From positions 78,306,001-78,370,000 of the forward strand of contig NC_135886.1 of the NCBI RefSeq assembly GCF_964194155.1: a stretch of DNA of 64,000 bases, in the 5' to 3' direction. Made by a program: the position numbers and the translations under genes. A model generated the notes under the pieces. That model saw only the letters and a list, made by a program, of their open reading frames with translations. It ran no database searches and was not told where the DNA came from. The stretch comes from Cetorhinus maximus. Taxonomy: Eukaryota. Shown in pieces: positions 38,509 to 50,588 of this stretch (its first letter is position 1; the number at the start of each line of letters is the position of its first letter).

Positions 38509-38995
38509 TTGGCCTGAAGCTTGTCATTTATGTTTTCAATTGACAATTTCACAAGAAAAAGAATAATAATTAATTTACACTCATTTTGCTTGGTTTTTTT
38601 TTGTTCTTCCCTTCTTTCTCAGTCAGAGATTGTTGTCATTGGGATTTCAGTAAAATATAATGGTGGGCACATCTGCTACAACTGTTAATTGCTTTTTAAA
38701 AAGGCATTCAGCACTCCCAATAGCTTATGGGATAAGTATATGCATAGAATAGGTGTCCATTCCTCCAGGATTACTCTGGAATCCCTAAGAATTCAAAGAA
38801 TAATCTTCTGGACAGTACTGCAAGCAATCCAAGAGAAAAACTGGCATTTTTTTCACTTTCTTTGAACACTTGAGTGTATTCATTATAAAAGTACTGGAGA
38901 TGTGGGAAAATGCTTGGCTGGGTGGGATGGTTGGAGGCGGGATGCCATATGATGAAACCTCAAGGAACACATCCAACCAGAGTTGGCAACCCTAA
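38509..38995 (-). mobile_element. hAT-like non-autonomous element, copy 1
   Basis: Terminus TGGCAACCCTA (reverse complement TAGGGTTGCCA, a common hAT end). It is an inverted homolog of 39692-40288. Confidence 0.65.
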
Positions 38996-39691
38996 TGTGT
39001 TCTGATACTATCCCTCAACCATCAACACCAAAATAGATTAACTAGTCATTTACCTAATTTACAATTTGTGGGACCTTGTGAGTAAACTGACTGTTTTACC
39101 CGCCTATATAACAGCAGCTCCATTTCAAAAGCCATTCACTGCCTGTGAAGCACTTTGTAACATCCCAAGGATATGACGGGATGCTATACAAATGCACATT
39201 CTTTCTTTAATCTCTACAGCTTTTAAAACCACTTTTGGCAGAAAATGTCACGATAGTCTTACCTTAAACTCTCATCACTAACTATCACCCAGTACAACAT
39301 CCCAGTGCTAAATAGCTCCACTTGCCCTATCCCAAAAAAAAAGCAAAGTTTGAAAGGACACACCTCTGGCCCATTTTCTTCCTCTTCTCTTGTTTCTTAC
39401 TCTTGGTGGTGTCCTCCTGTTACATCAGCCAAATATCTCTTCTTTGCAAACTAGCCCAGTCAATGGCAATGATCACTGTCAATCCCAGCCATATTTTTAT
39501 GTAAAGTCCAAAACAAATCCACTGTCCAGCAGAAATTCCTGAACATCAGCCAATAGCAGCAATCCTGCCTTTTCCTTCTACAGTTCAGGGAGCCCATGGC
39601 TGCTGCCCAGGCTGAGCCAGTGTAACCTGGCAGAGGTAAGGGTTAATGTGTTGGAATGTTCTCATTTTTCTGCCTTAGTATCAGAACCTAT

Positions 39692-40330
39692 TAGGGTTGC
39701 CAACTCTGGTTGGATGTGTTCCTCGAGGTTTCATCATATGGCACCCTGCCTCCAGGGTGACCCCACCCAGTCAAGCATTTTTCCCCTCATCTCCAGTACT
39801 TCTATAATGAATACACTCAAGTGTTCAAAGAAAATGAAAAAAATACCAGTTTTTCTCCTGGATTGCTTGCAGCACTGTCCAGAAGATTATTCTTTAAATT
39901 TCTAGGGATTCCAGAGTAATCCTGGAGGGATGAAAACCCTATTCCATGCATATATTTATCCCATAAGCTATTGGGAGTGCTGAATGCCTTTTTAAAAAAC
40001 AATTAACAGTTGTAGCAGATGTGTCCACCATTATGTTTTACCTGGAAACCACCAGGACCCTCCCTCGTGAGTGAAGGGCGAGGCCTCCCACGTTCCTGAG
40101 GGCCCACACGCTCACCCGTCACAATGTGTACAAAAGAATTATGTTTTACTGAAATCCCAATGACAACGATCTCTGACTGAGAAAGAAGGAAAGAACAAAA
40201 AAAAACCAAGCAAAATGAGTGTAACTTCAAATTATTCTTTTTCTTGTGAAATTGTCAATTGAAAGCATAAATGACAAGCTTCAGGCCACGTGCAACATAT
40301 TTGCATGGTCTGGAGGTTGGGCCAAGTTAC
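39692..40330 (+). mobile_element. hAT-like non-autonomous element, copy 2, with an internal 96-bp insertion
   Basis: Starts TAGGGTTGCCAACTCTGG and is the reverse complement of 38509-38995 apart from 40042-40149. Confidence 0.65.
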
Positions 40331-41127
40331 TAGGGGAGATAGATGAGGTTTAACAATCAACATGCGATGAGTGGCACAAATCAATTTGCTCCAAAAAAAA
40401 GGTTGCACTCTCCTCCTGCTGCACAAAAAAAACCTGGAGCCACTCCAAGTTTCCACCTCGTCACTGGGGAGAAAAGAAAAACAAACTGTGGAAAACTCTG
40501 TTGTGCCTTGTTCTGATTGAACCGCCCAACTTTTTGGGATTAAGTTGGAGAAAGGGGGAGATGCTGTCCTGTTTTCCTTATTGATGACTATAATTATAAG
40601 TGACCGCTATTTAAAAATAAACTTTTTTTTAAATATGGGGTAAATACCAGTCAAGGATCTAACTGATCCACAAAGTAAAAGGCTGTTCCTTCATACATCT
40701 GCCACGGGATGCTCATTGCACCCCGGTGCCCTTCACAGCAATTCACGTTAGCAGCAAGAAAACTAACCTTTGCCAGGGAAGACTGAACCAAGTTGAGCTC
40801 ACACCCATTCTCAAGAATCAGTCCATCGCACTTAACAGCAGGAGAGGAAAATGAAAAAAGCTTGTACATACCTGAAAAAGGGCCCCGATGCTTTGATTTG
40901 GCTACATGAGCCTTTGGAAACTAATATTAAAATTCACATGTAGGCACATATTGGGATTGCAAAATATTTCAGAGTCGATACGAGGCCTGAGTACAATGAG
41001 GAATGAGTTCCAACTTGTGAATTCAGTGGAAAGGGAGAAGGAGATGCTGTTTTATGTACCTTGTTTCAGCCTCCAGTAGCTGGTGAGTATTTGAAGACAT
41101 TAATTAGGTGGAGAGTTTTAAGATTTT

Positions 41128-41920
41128 GGCTTGGATTTTTGCTCCCAAGGCAGGTGCTCAATGTTGGAATCTCCCAGCTCGTTGCACCCACCTCAGGAAG
41201 AAATGCCCCAAATGGCAGGGTCTTCGTTCTGGGGCGGGCAGGTGCTTGCCAGAGTTGGACCTGCTGGCCCCGGATGTAGGTCAGAGGCAGACACAAGGCC
41301 TGCCAAGCACCCAGGCAAGCTGTTTGAATGACCCGCCTTGGTTCCCTGGGGCATCGTCCCAGTTGTTTTCTTAAGCATTAAGCCTTCTAGCTCTCACTCC
41401 TCATATCCCACCCACATCCATACATGCCAACTCATGCCCCCATCCACCCCCATTGTCCCTTGTAGCGCCTTTGCCAACTTAGTCCCAACTCATGCCCGTC
41501 CCTCACCCACCACCATTGCCCTTACACCCTCCATGCCAACTCACTAAGTATCCACCTTGGGCAGACCTCAGGAGCCACGCTAAGATAAAAGAAGGTTCTA
41601 AATATCTATTACACACCACTATTTTTTTAAAATCACATTCATTCATGAAAGCCCATTCAATACATTTAAATACCCTCAAGTACATAGCCCCTTACCAAAG
41701 CACACATTTGTATTCATAATCCCAGATCAAAGACAACTAATGTTTTAATAACCTCAGAGCTGTCAAACTGTGAAATTATAGCCTTCCACTGTGATAATGA
41801 TCAGTTTTTTTTTGGGGGGGGGGGGTCAGTCAAGCATTAATAATGCTTTAATGAAAGCACTTAGGGTTATGTCAACAAACAGCTATTGAAATTGACAACA
41901 TTTTTTTCAACTCTCAGGTG
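41128..41920. mobile_element. Harbinger-type MITE, reverse orientation to 25165 and 35110
   Basis: ccatgccaactcactaagtatccaccttgggcagacctcaggagccacgctaagataaa is the reverse complement of the 35700-35760 block. Terminus GGCTTGGATTTT. Confidence 0.7.
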
Positions 41921-41939
41921 CAGGCATAAGTACTTCATG

Positions 41940-43588
41940 CCAGGAGAGATTTGGAAAATTCAAGATTAAGGACACGGCAATAATGCAGGGTAGCAATACA
42001 GGTAATGCTAACTAGAGAGTGACAAGAAGGGGCAGAGCGTACAAACATTAGAGTGCACCAACAAATATGGTCAGAGAAGGGAAAAATGGCTTTAAACTAA
42101 CAGAGGAGGGTTTGGGTGAAGGGAGATTTAGAACTATGAAGGTAAAAGTTGAGGCAATAGGAAAGTATATCGATGTGGGTAAAGACAAGCTGAGTGGGAC
42201 AGAAAGGGACAGAGTTTAACAAAAATACTGCAGGGAGTATGGTACATGCAGGGAATAAAAGCAAAGAACAAAATTAAAGTCACTTGATCTGAATGCACAA
42301 AGCATCTACAATAAGATAGATGAACTAGTGGCATAAATAGAGATAAATGGTTTCGATCTAATCAGCTAACAGAGACATGGCTACACAAAGGTGACCAAGA
42401 TTGTGAAATAAATATTCCAGGGTGTACAATATTTTGAAGAGACAGACAGAATGCAAAAGCAGGAGGGGTAGCCTGAAAATAAGGAATGACATAAGGACAA
42501 TTGTGAGAAAACATCTTGACTCAGAAAATCAGGAAATAGAATAAGTATGGGCAGAGATTCGGAATAGCAAGAATCACAAACACTTAGGAATAGTTGGGAG
42601 CAGTTTATAGGCCCCCTAACAGTAGATATACCATTAGACAGAGCAGTAAACAATAAATTATTGGAGCTTGTAATACAGGCAACATATTAGTTGTGGGGGA
42701 CTTTAATCTTCATATAGTGGACCAATCAAAACTGGTAAAGGTACCATGAAGATGAGTTTTTGGAAAGCCTTTGTGACAGTTTCCTGGAGCAATAAGCTGT
42801 GGAACCAGCTAGGGATAAAGCAATTTTAGATCTAGTACTGTGCAAGGGGCAGGGTTAATTAGTAATATCATTGTAAAAGATCAACTGGGAAATTGTGATT
42901 GTAATACAACTGAATTCCATATAAAGTTTGAAAACAACATACTCCAATCACAAACAAGCATCTTAAACTTAAACAAAGCCAATTACATAGGTATGAGGGG
43001 ATAGATGGCTAAGGTTGATTGTGCAATAGACTAAAAGCTAAGCAGATAAATAAAACAATGGGAAACATTTAAGGAAACAATTCAAAATATTCAACAAAAA
43101 TATATACCATAGCATCATTCAAGAAAGGAGGGAGGGAGAAAACATAGAACTACAGGCCAGTTAGCCTGAGATCAATCTTTGGAAAAGTGCTGGAATCTAT
43201 TGTTAAGGAATTCTTAATACACTTAGAAAAGTGTAGTATGATTACAGCAAGTCAACATGGTTTTACAAAAGCAAAATCCTGTTAGAAAAATGTATTTGAA
43301 TTTTTTGAGGATGTAACCAGTAGCGTAGATAAAGAGAAACCAGTAAATGTAGTATGCATGGATTTCCAAAAGGTGCCACACAAAAAGTTAATACAAAAGA
43401 TAAGGGTTCATGGAGTTGGGGTGGTTTATTAGCATGGGTAGAGAATTGATTAACGGACAGGAGGCAGAGAGTAGGGATAAAGGAGGCATTTTCAAGTTGG
43501 CAGGCTGTGACTTGTGGAATGCCACAGGATCAGTGCTAGGGGCTCAACTATTTACAGTCTATATTCGTGACTTAGACAAAGAGACAAA
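41940..43588 (+). mobile_element. Degraded CR1 (APE endonuclease region plus part of RT, internally deleted)
   Basis: Relics of ETWL, GGV, YRPP (tataggccccct), VGDFN (gtgggggactttaat), NYRPVSL, QHGF and DFQK. Truncated by a MITE starting at ~43589. Confidence 0.85.
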
Positions 43589-44160
43589 GGCCAGGACTTT
43601 TGTTACCAAGGTGAGCAGCTCCAGTCAAGAAATATCCCAACTCACCCGACCCACCTCGGTAGAGAGGCCCCCATATGGCACAATCCTCTCTCCGGGGTTT
43701 TTTGGGGGGGGGGGGGGGGGGGGGAGAACGGGGGAGTGAGGGGGCAAGTTCAGGACAGAGTCGGGTCAGACCCACCACCCCCAGAAGCAGGGCCTACGTG
43801 GCCATGGGGGTAGCCAAGTGCCAAGACGGGCTGATTAAAAGCCTGTCTCAGTTCTCTAGGACTTTGTCCTAGTTGTATTGTGACATTTTACGGACTCTAG
43901 CCCTCATGAAAAGGTACTAAAGGCATCTTTGCCAATGGCACCTGCATGCCAAAAAATCTTTTAAAAAGAAATTGAGAGATTTTTATTTTGAATAATTGCC
44001 CACCATCAGCAGCTAAGCAACATAATTCTTCCTAACACCTTATTTCTCCAATTGCAAGTGAGCTTATGAGAAAACATTCTCGACAGAGAATCACCCCCTC
44101 ACTCACACCCCATATTCCCTTATACCCTCCATTGCCAATTCATGTCAACCCATGCAAACT
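43589..44160. mobile_element. Harbinger-type MITE relic with poly-G run
   Basis: Terminus GGCCAGGACTTTT...aaatatcccaactcacccgacccacctc is similar to 19619 and 41128. Poly-G at ~43704-43724. Confidence 0.55.
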
Positions 44161-47100
44161 CATGTCTTTATTCCTTCAGGGGATGTGGGCATCACTGGCT
44201 GGGTCAGCATTTATTGTCTATCCCTAATTGCCCTTGAGAAGGTGGTGGTGAGCCACCTTCTTGAACCACTGCAGTCCATGTGGTGTAGGTACACCCACAG
44301 TGCCATGATCATATTGAATGGCAGAGCAGGCTCAACGGGCCGTATGGTCTTCTCTTGCTTGTATTTCTTATATTCTAACAATTATGGATTTATGACACAA
44401 TCATTAGAAAATAAATGGCTTATACTACATGGCTTCATGTTTGGTAAATAACGTGTAATTACCAAGGAATTTCCATCTAGTTGGTTCCAAAACCCCTCTC
44501 AACAGCTTTCAACAATCATATTACAAAATGGCTCATGTCTGAACACTGTCATGCATTAACCGAAAGCTCACATTCATTTGCCATTCCTTTCCTCCTGCTG
44601 TAAATTCAATGCCTCTCTCTCTTTACCCAGTTCCTCTCCCACTCCCTTAACTTAGCACCACCCCAGCAGCCAGCTGCACCATAATCCAGCACTGAAACAG
44701 AGATGCTCTATCCGATGCCAACATTGCATCCAAAGCAAAACACAAGAGAAGCTTGCTGCACAAAGCTCACAGTCACCCCAGCTCAACCAAGATTATTTAA
44801 CACTTTTTAAAGAAATATATTAACTCTTGCATTGCATCTACTTGAGAAAGAAATGACTTCTTTACATTGCTCTCCTCTAGCATAGTAAAACACCAATGCA
44901 ATTTGAAAAAAGTGAGACCTTTTCCTGTTAAGATTTAGTACTCCCTTTATATTGGAACTGCAAATTACAGATTTTATTTAAACCAGTGCTATAATATGCC
45001 AGGATTCCTGATGCTGTGGAATCAATCCCATTTATGCTGCAGGAGAGATTAAGTAGCACAGACAACAAACAACTGTGCAAGCTCAAGGCTGCAAGGGCAC
45101 AGTTTTTGAAAGCTATGCTTTGTGCCTGTCGTTTCTTTGCGTTGGCTTTTCTTCATAGCCAGGAAAGGGCACACAGCAAGTAGAGACTAAACTGCTAACC
45201 TGTACAAGTGAGCTGTGCAGAGGCAACACCAGCTCAATAATATTGCAGTATTGCTACTGAAATCGGGGTTGCTGAAGACTGAGATGTTAAGGGGCATATA
45301 ACATTCAAACCAGTGAAAAGACACATATATTGTCAATGTTACTTGATGCAGAAACTAATCTAGGTTTTATTTAAAAATGTGCCATTGTTTCACCACATGT
45401 ACAAATAGTAAATATGGAGGATAAAGCCCAGAACTCAAAAAAAACTTGCTCACAATGAACAGCAGGCCAATTAACATCTGCAAGAAAGACTGGCCAACAT
45501 TTTTGATTCTGACATAAGGCCACAGCAAGCTGTCAACTACTTCAATATTTATTTTATATTTTGGATTTCCAGTCTTTGCAGGTTTTTTTAAGCCAACACT
45601 CAAATCCTGTAATTTGTCAAGATTGCTCCCAAACAGAAGGAATCCTGAAAAGACAGAAGGTAGACATTCTCACCTCACAGCACTTCCAGGTGCAAGTGCT
45701 GAATCCTGTTAAGCAGTGACAACAGTGCAAGCTGAAGCTTTGCAAGAAAATGAAACATTTTATAGACAAACTCCTTTTGTCACTGTAATTTCCTCAAAAG
45801 CAAAATTGCAATAACTGTCCATTCCATATATATTTCAATCTACAGGTGCCAGTTATTGTTACATGTGTTAGTGTTTACTCCTTAACAATTTAGTCTTCGC
45901 TGCAAGTCTGCTTCTTTATTGAGCTGCAAATAACTGCCTTTTTTTAAAAAAAACTCTTTTCCCTTACAAATCACCTTGGCTTTCTTGCTTTTTACTTCTA
46001 AACATTTTCTATCTCTGACTTTCCTCCAGTGCTCCTGTTCAATGTCTTATCAAGTTCATTTACACTCAGAAGAATTCAGTTCCAAATATGTCTCTACCAC
46101 AAGGCTTGTTCACACAACCACACCCTGCCCCCTCACAAGCTAATACAGCTGATCTTTGCTGGTCTGTGCTTATCCTTATCAAATTCACTTACACAATCCT
46201 TACACTTCACTTTATAATGCTCCCCAATTCCAAGCTTCTGAACCTTCCTTTGGTCTAAGTATTCTAATAAATTAAAACTTTAATTTCACATAGTTTTGTC
46301 AGTTCAAATCTTGTTTCAACATCCATTTGTCCTTTTCTATTGCTTCCGTCCTAAGCCTTCTACCCTGCCTAGGCCTCTTTCAAACATTTTTCCATAGATC
46401 TGGCTGCTTCCACCCCACCCATTTACTTTAGATGTTGATTTGAAATTCTTCTTGGTTCCAATTATCCAAACGTGTCATCGGAGCCCAATCTGCTTTTTAA
46501 AGCAAGACCCTGCTGCCTTCACACTCGCTAAAAAGAGCAAGTAAATAGAGATCCACAGGAACATGTGGGATCTGTCACATGGGCATTTTAACTCCCCGCC
46601 CACTCAATTTCTATAAGGTTTGCCAAGAGGGGTGTTAAAATCCGCTTTCATTGCCTTTGTTAAAAAAAGACTCCACTTTAAACTGGCAATTCACACTGGG
46701 GTGCAGTTGCACAGACACCAACTACCTTCCGGCACCTCATCCAAACTGGCAATTCACCTTGAGCCTCCTAACACTGTCTGAGCTATTTGACCATAGGATG
46801 CATTACAGCAGTATTTAGTCTTGCCTAACACCCACATTTCCCCAAGGGTGTGGCTGTTAATTAAAAAGGAGTAGGAATCTGGTCCAATTTTCTCCTCCCT
46901 AGCCCAAGGAAATCAAAGCTGACTACACTGTTCAGACAACTTGGTTGAGCTCAATTAACTCAGCACTGAATCATAATTGAACCTTGGACTTTGAAGCTCA
47001 GTGCCACTTATTGCCAGACCACTCCATGGGTTTGAGCTACTGACACAACCTGCCCTTATTCTTTCCACTTTAGTCTTTGTTTTTACCAAGCTGACTTGTT

Positions 47101-47419
47101 ATACAGCTTCAACCCTTAATGCAATTCACTTCTCACCTAGGCTTCTTTTCTTCTCAACTTTTATGTTTTTCCTTCCTCTGTGCATTTTTAATTCCCAACA
47201 TAGACTCTTCCTAGATATTAGTGAATTTGTCCTGCTCAGTCCATCAGCTTTATTTTTCCTTGGGACTCATCACTTCCTTCTGTCACCCAGCACTGTGATC
47301 TCCCATCAACTGCTCTTCTATGTTTTTTTCTCTCTTAAGTAGTCAACAAAATGAGTTATTCACCCTGGGCATCCAGTTTGACTCAGCCCAAAGCTGACTT
47401 CTGCCTTATGGCTGCTACT

Positions 47420-48832
47420 TATCACGGGGGCTATGTCCCTTTATTTTTGAAAGTATGATTTTTTAACTTTCAATTGACTAGAAATTTTGTAATTTGAAAT
47501 GAGACAGAACAAGCTACTTAAAAATGCAAGGCCACCTTCCAAGGTGAAGGTGAGAATATGAAGAGAGGGACATTTCCTACAACTCACAGGCCCTTCAAAA
47601 CTCATAACTGTCTGAGGAAGAGACATTAAAATGCAAAGTACTGCCACAGCTGGAAGACTGTGTGCAGTTCTGGTCGCCACATTATAGGAAGGATGTGATT
47701 GCACTGGAGGGGGTGCAGAGGAGATTCACCAGGATGTTGCCTGGGATGAAACATTTAAGCTATGAAGAGAGGTTGGATAGATTTGGGTTGTTTTCATTGG
47801 AGCAGAGAAGACTGAGGGGCGACCTGATCGAGGTGTACAAGATTATGAGGGACATGAACAGGGTGGATAGGGAGCAGCTGTTCCCCTTAGTTGAAGGGTC
47901 AGTCACAAGGGGACATAAATTCAAGGTGAGGGGCAGGAGGTTTAGGGGGGATGTGAGGAAAAACATTTTTTACCCAGAGGGTGGTGACAGTCTGGAATGC
48001 GCTGCCTGGGAGGGTGGTGGAGGCGGGTTGCCTCACATCCTTTAAAAAGTACCTGGATGAGCACTTGGCACGTCATAACATTCAGGACTATGGGCCAAGT
48101 GCTGGTAAATGGGATTGGGTAGGTAGGCCAAGTGTTTCTCACGTGTCAGTGCAGACTCGATGGGCCGAAGGGCCTCTTCTGCACTGTGTGATTCTGTGAT
48201 TGAAACAATGGCTGCCACAGGCAGTCTCACACACCCAAACCCTCTTGGAAATATACACTGGGTGGAATATTTTAAGGCCAGGCTGCAGCCTATGCAGAGA
48301 GATTGCAAGAAAGCTTTTCAGCAGAGGAAACAAAATGAAAGCTGGTCTCTCTCTTTCTTTCTTCTTTGGAACAAGTGTATTACCCAGTTTGGAAGCAAAC
48401 TTCAATAGAAATCTACCAGCGAACCGAAATCCCATAATAATTACAACATCTACATCTGACCGCATCCACAAACCCAGCGAAACCAAATCAGCTGCAATGT
48501 TTTAAAATTTATGCCTAAAGGACAATCAAAGGACACTTAACCATACATTCTTTTAACAACTTTTTAATTGGACTCTAGCTTCTCTTATTTCTGATACCTG
48601 TGTGTGACGTCGCGTTTTTATTATATTTACTCTCGGGTTTAATGGGGTCTTTCTTTAACTCAAGAAAACCTTGTTTGATTGGCTCCTTATTGCTCACAGC
48701 TTAAATAGTTAAATACATTCTAATTTGGAAAAGTCATATGCTTGCGAAAAGGAAACTTCAACCTTTGTTGTGACCAACCAAGGGAGGCTGAATAGAGGGA
48801 GCCAGTTCACTCCTTCTCACCTGGTGGCAACA
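47420..48832 (+). mobile_element. Probable solo LTR with 4-bp TSD, containing a CR1 insertion
   Basis: Ends TATCACG (eroded TGT-) and TGGCAACA, flanked by TACT at 47416-47419 and 48833-48836. Confidence 0.6.
47662..48200 (+). mobile_element. Young 5'-truncated CR1
   Basis: QFWSPHYRKDVIALEGVQRRFTRMLPGMKHLSYEERLDRFGLFSLEQRRLRGDLIEVYKIM; tail tgtgtgattctgtgat. Confidence 0.95.
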
Positions 48833-48994
48833 TACTGAACATCCATCTGACCCCGGAGCCGGAGGACAAAGGTAAGATACTGAATGTGGGAAATCTGAAA
48901 TAAAAACAGAACATTTCACAACTCTGGCAGCATTGTTTCAGGTTGACGACCTTTCATCAGGTCCTCTGATGAAAGGTCATCAACCTGAAACACT

Positions 48995-50588
48995 GAGCCG
49001 TAACCTCTTAGCTTCAGGGCACTGTATTGGTGGTGGTGGTGGTGGTGATGGGGGTAACCCCAAATATCCCCTTTAGAGGTTCACAGGTAAGGGTTTGCGC
49101 AGTAATTGCCTAGAAATGCAAACTTCCCCTGCACAATTGCCCGGCACTGGGAACCATCCGAAAATGCAATTTAAATTGCAAACTTCGGATGGTTCTGCTA
49201 GGTGACGTCAATAGTTACCCTGAAAAAGTTAGAAGAATTAAAACCACCCCCTCACCCCCCAACACCACAAACCCCCAGGGGACTCCCCCCATCCCCTAAC
49301 TACTACCCTGATAGGTCTCCCCCACCCCCCGACTACACATTAAGGTATTTTGATATTTTGTGCATTTCTATCATGCTGCAAGGCCTTTCTTTGTTTCCTT
49401 TTAATTTGTCTTATCTTTCTACTTGTGTTAAAACGTAACCAGTTGTGAGGTGGACCAATGTCCTGGGCTCAACACCAGGTGGTAAGAACATGGGAGTGCG
49501 GAGGACAATGGACGAAGGGAGAGGAATTCTGACCGAAGACATCAAATCTGAGGTTTATATGGAACTTTTTAAAAATAAAGACTGGATAAGGATATATGCA
49601 CAGAGAGACACAGACATGTCAGGACATGTCACTGGCGACTAACAACCAGACACCCTGATTACAGAAACTGACCCAGACAGTGGCCTCTCGGGTATATGTG
49701 AGTGGCTTTCCTCCTGCCTTACCAAGGTACAGAAATCATATCCATTGCTGACAGGTACCTGGAGACACACCCAGCTGAGAGCAGGAAATTACCGTATGTA
49801 GCTGGTCTTGGCATGGCCACGGTGGAATTGATTGCCCAATCGGATGACTCGATTTAAGATGTTACCTTATATGTTGAGAGACCAGGGTCAGAAAGGGGTA
49901 TAAAGCCACAGCTCCAAGAGACATTGCTGCTGCAGCCAGGAGGTGTGAAATAGTCAGCCATGGGAAGTCCTGTGGAATAATTCGTTCAGCGGTCCAACTA
50001 CCTAGGACAAGCTCCTGCACGAGGGTCTTGCGAACAGCTGGTGTTGTAAGTATATCCTATTGCTTAGTGGGTTAATAAAGGTTTCCCACAAAGTAGAACC
50101 TGTATCCATAGTTTGTTTTGTCTCGTTGATACCAAGGTACACGGCGAGGACCTTAGAGGGTAGTGGGATGAATCTTACAAACCCCTCCCCCTTCCCGTGG
50201 CCCGACCCAACCCAACAACCCCAGCACAGCAGGCCCGACCTGAACCCATCCCAGTGCCCTCCCCTAGGCCTGAGCCTGACCCGCCCCCACCAACCCCCAA
50301 CGAACACCCAAAATTCCCACTTACCTTCTCCCTGGCCTGTCAAGCACATTTAAACTCAGCTAGACCTTTAACTTACCTGGTTCACGGCAGCTAGTGTTGT
50401 AAAAAAGGGGGCGTGACCTCCTTCCCTTCAACTTCGATGCTATGCCCCAGAGACACGCTACACTGCCTGGAGCTCGCCAGCCTGAGTCAGAAGGTCGGAC
50501 AAAACAGGATGGAAAAAATTTGAAGGAAAAAAGCTAGGAGCAGAGTGGCAATCCGACTCTGATTGCCACTCCGAGGCAGTTCAGGCCC
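48995..50588. mobile_element. Harbinger-type MITE with nested LTR-like insert
   Basis: Right end GGCAGTTCAGGCCC, degenerate left end GAGCCGTAAC, 3-bp flanks ACT/ATT, internal hairpin at 49151-49195. Confidence 0.6.
49337..50179 (+). mobile_element. Probable solo LTR (left boundary uncertain, 49337-49444)
   Basis: Compositional break inside a C-rich MITE. TATAAA at 49899, AATAAA at 50074, ends ...CTTACA. No clear TSD found. Confidence 0.45.
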
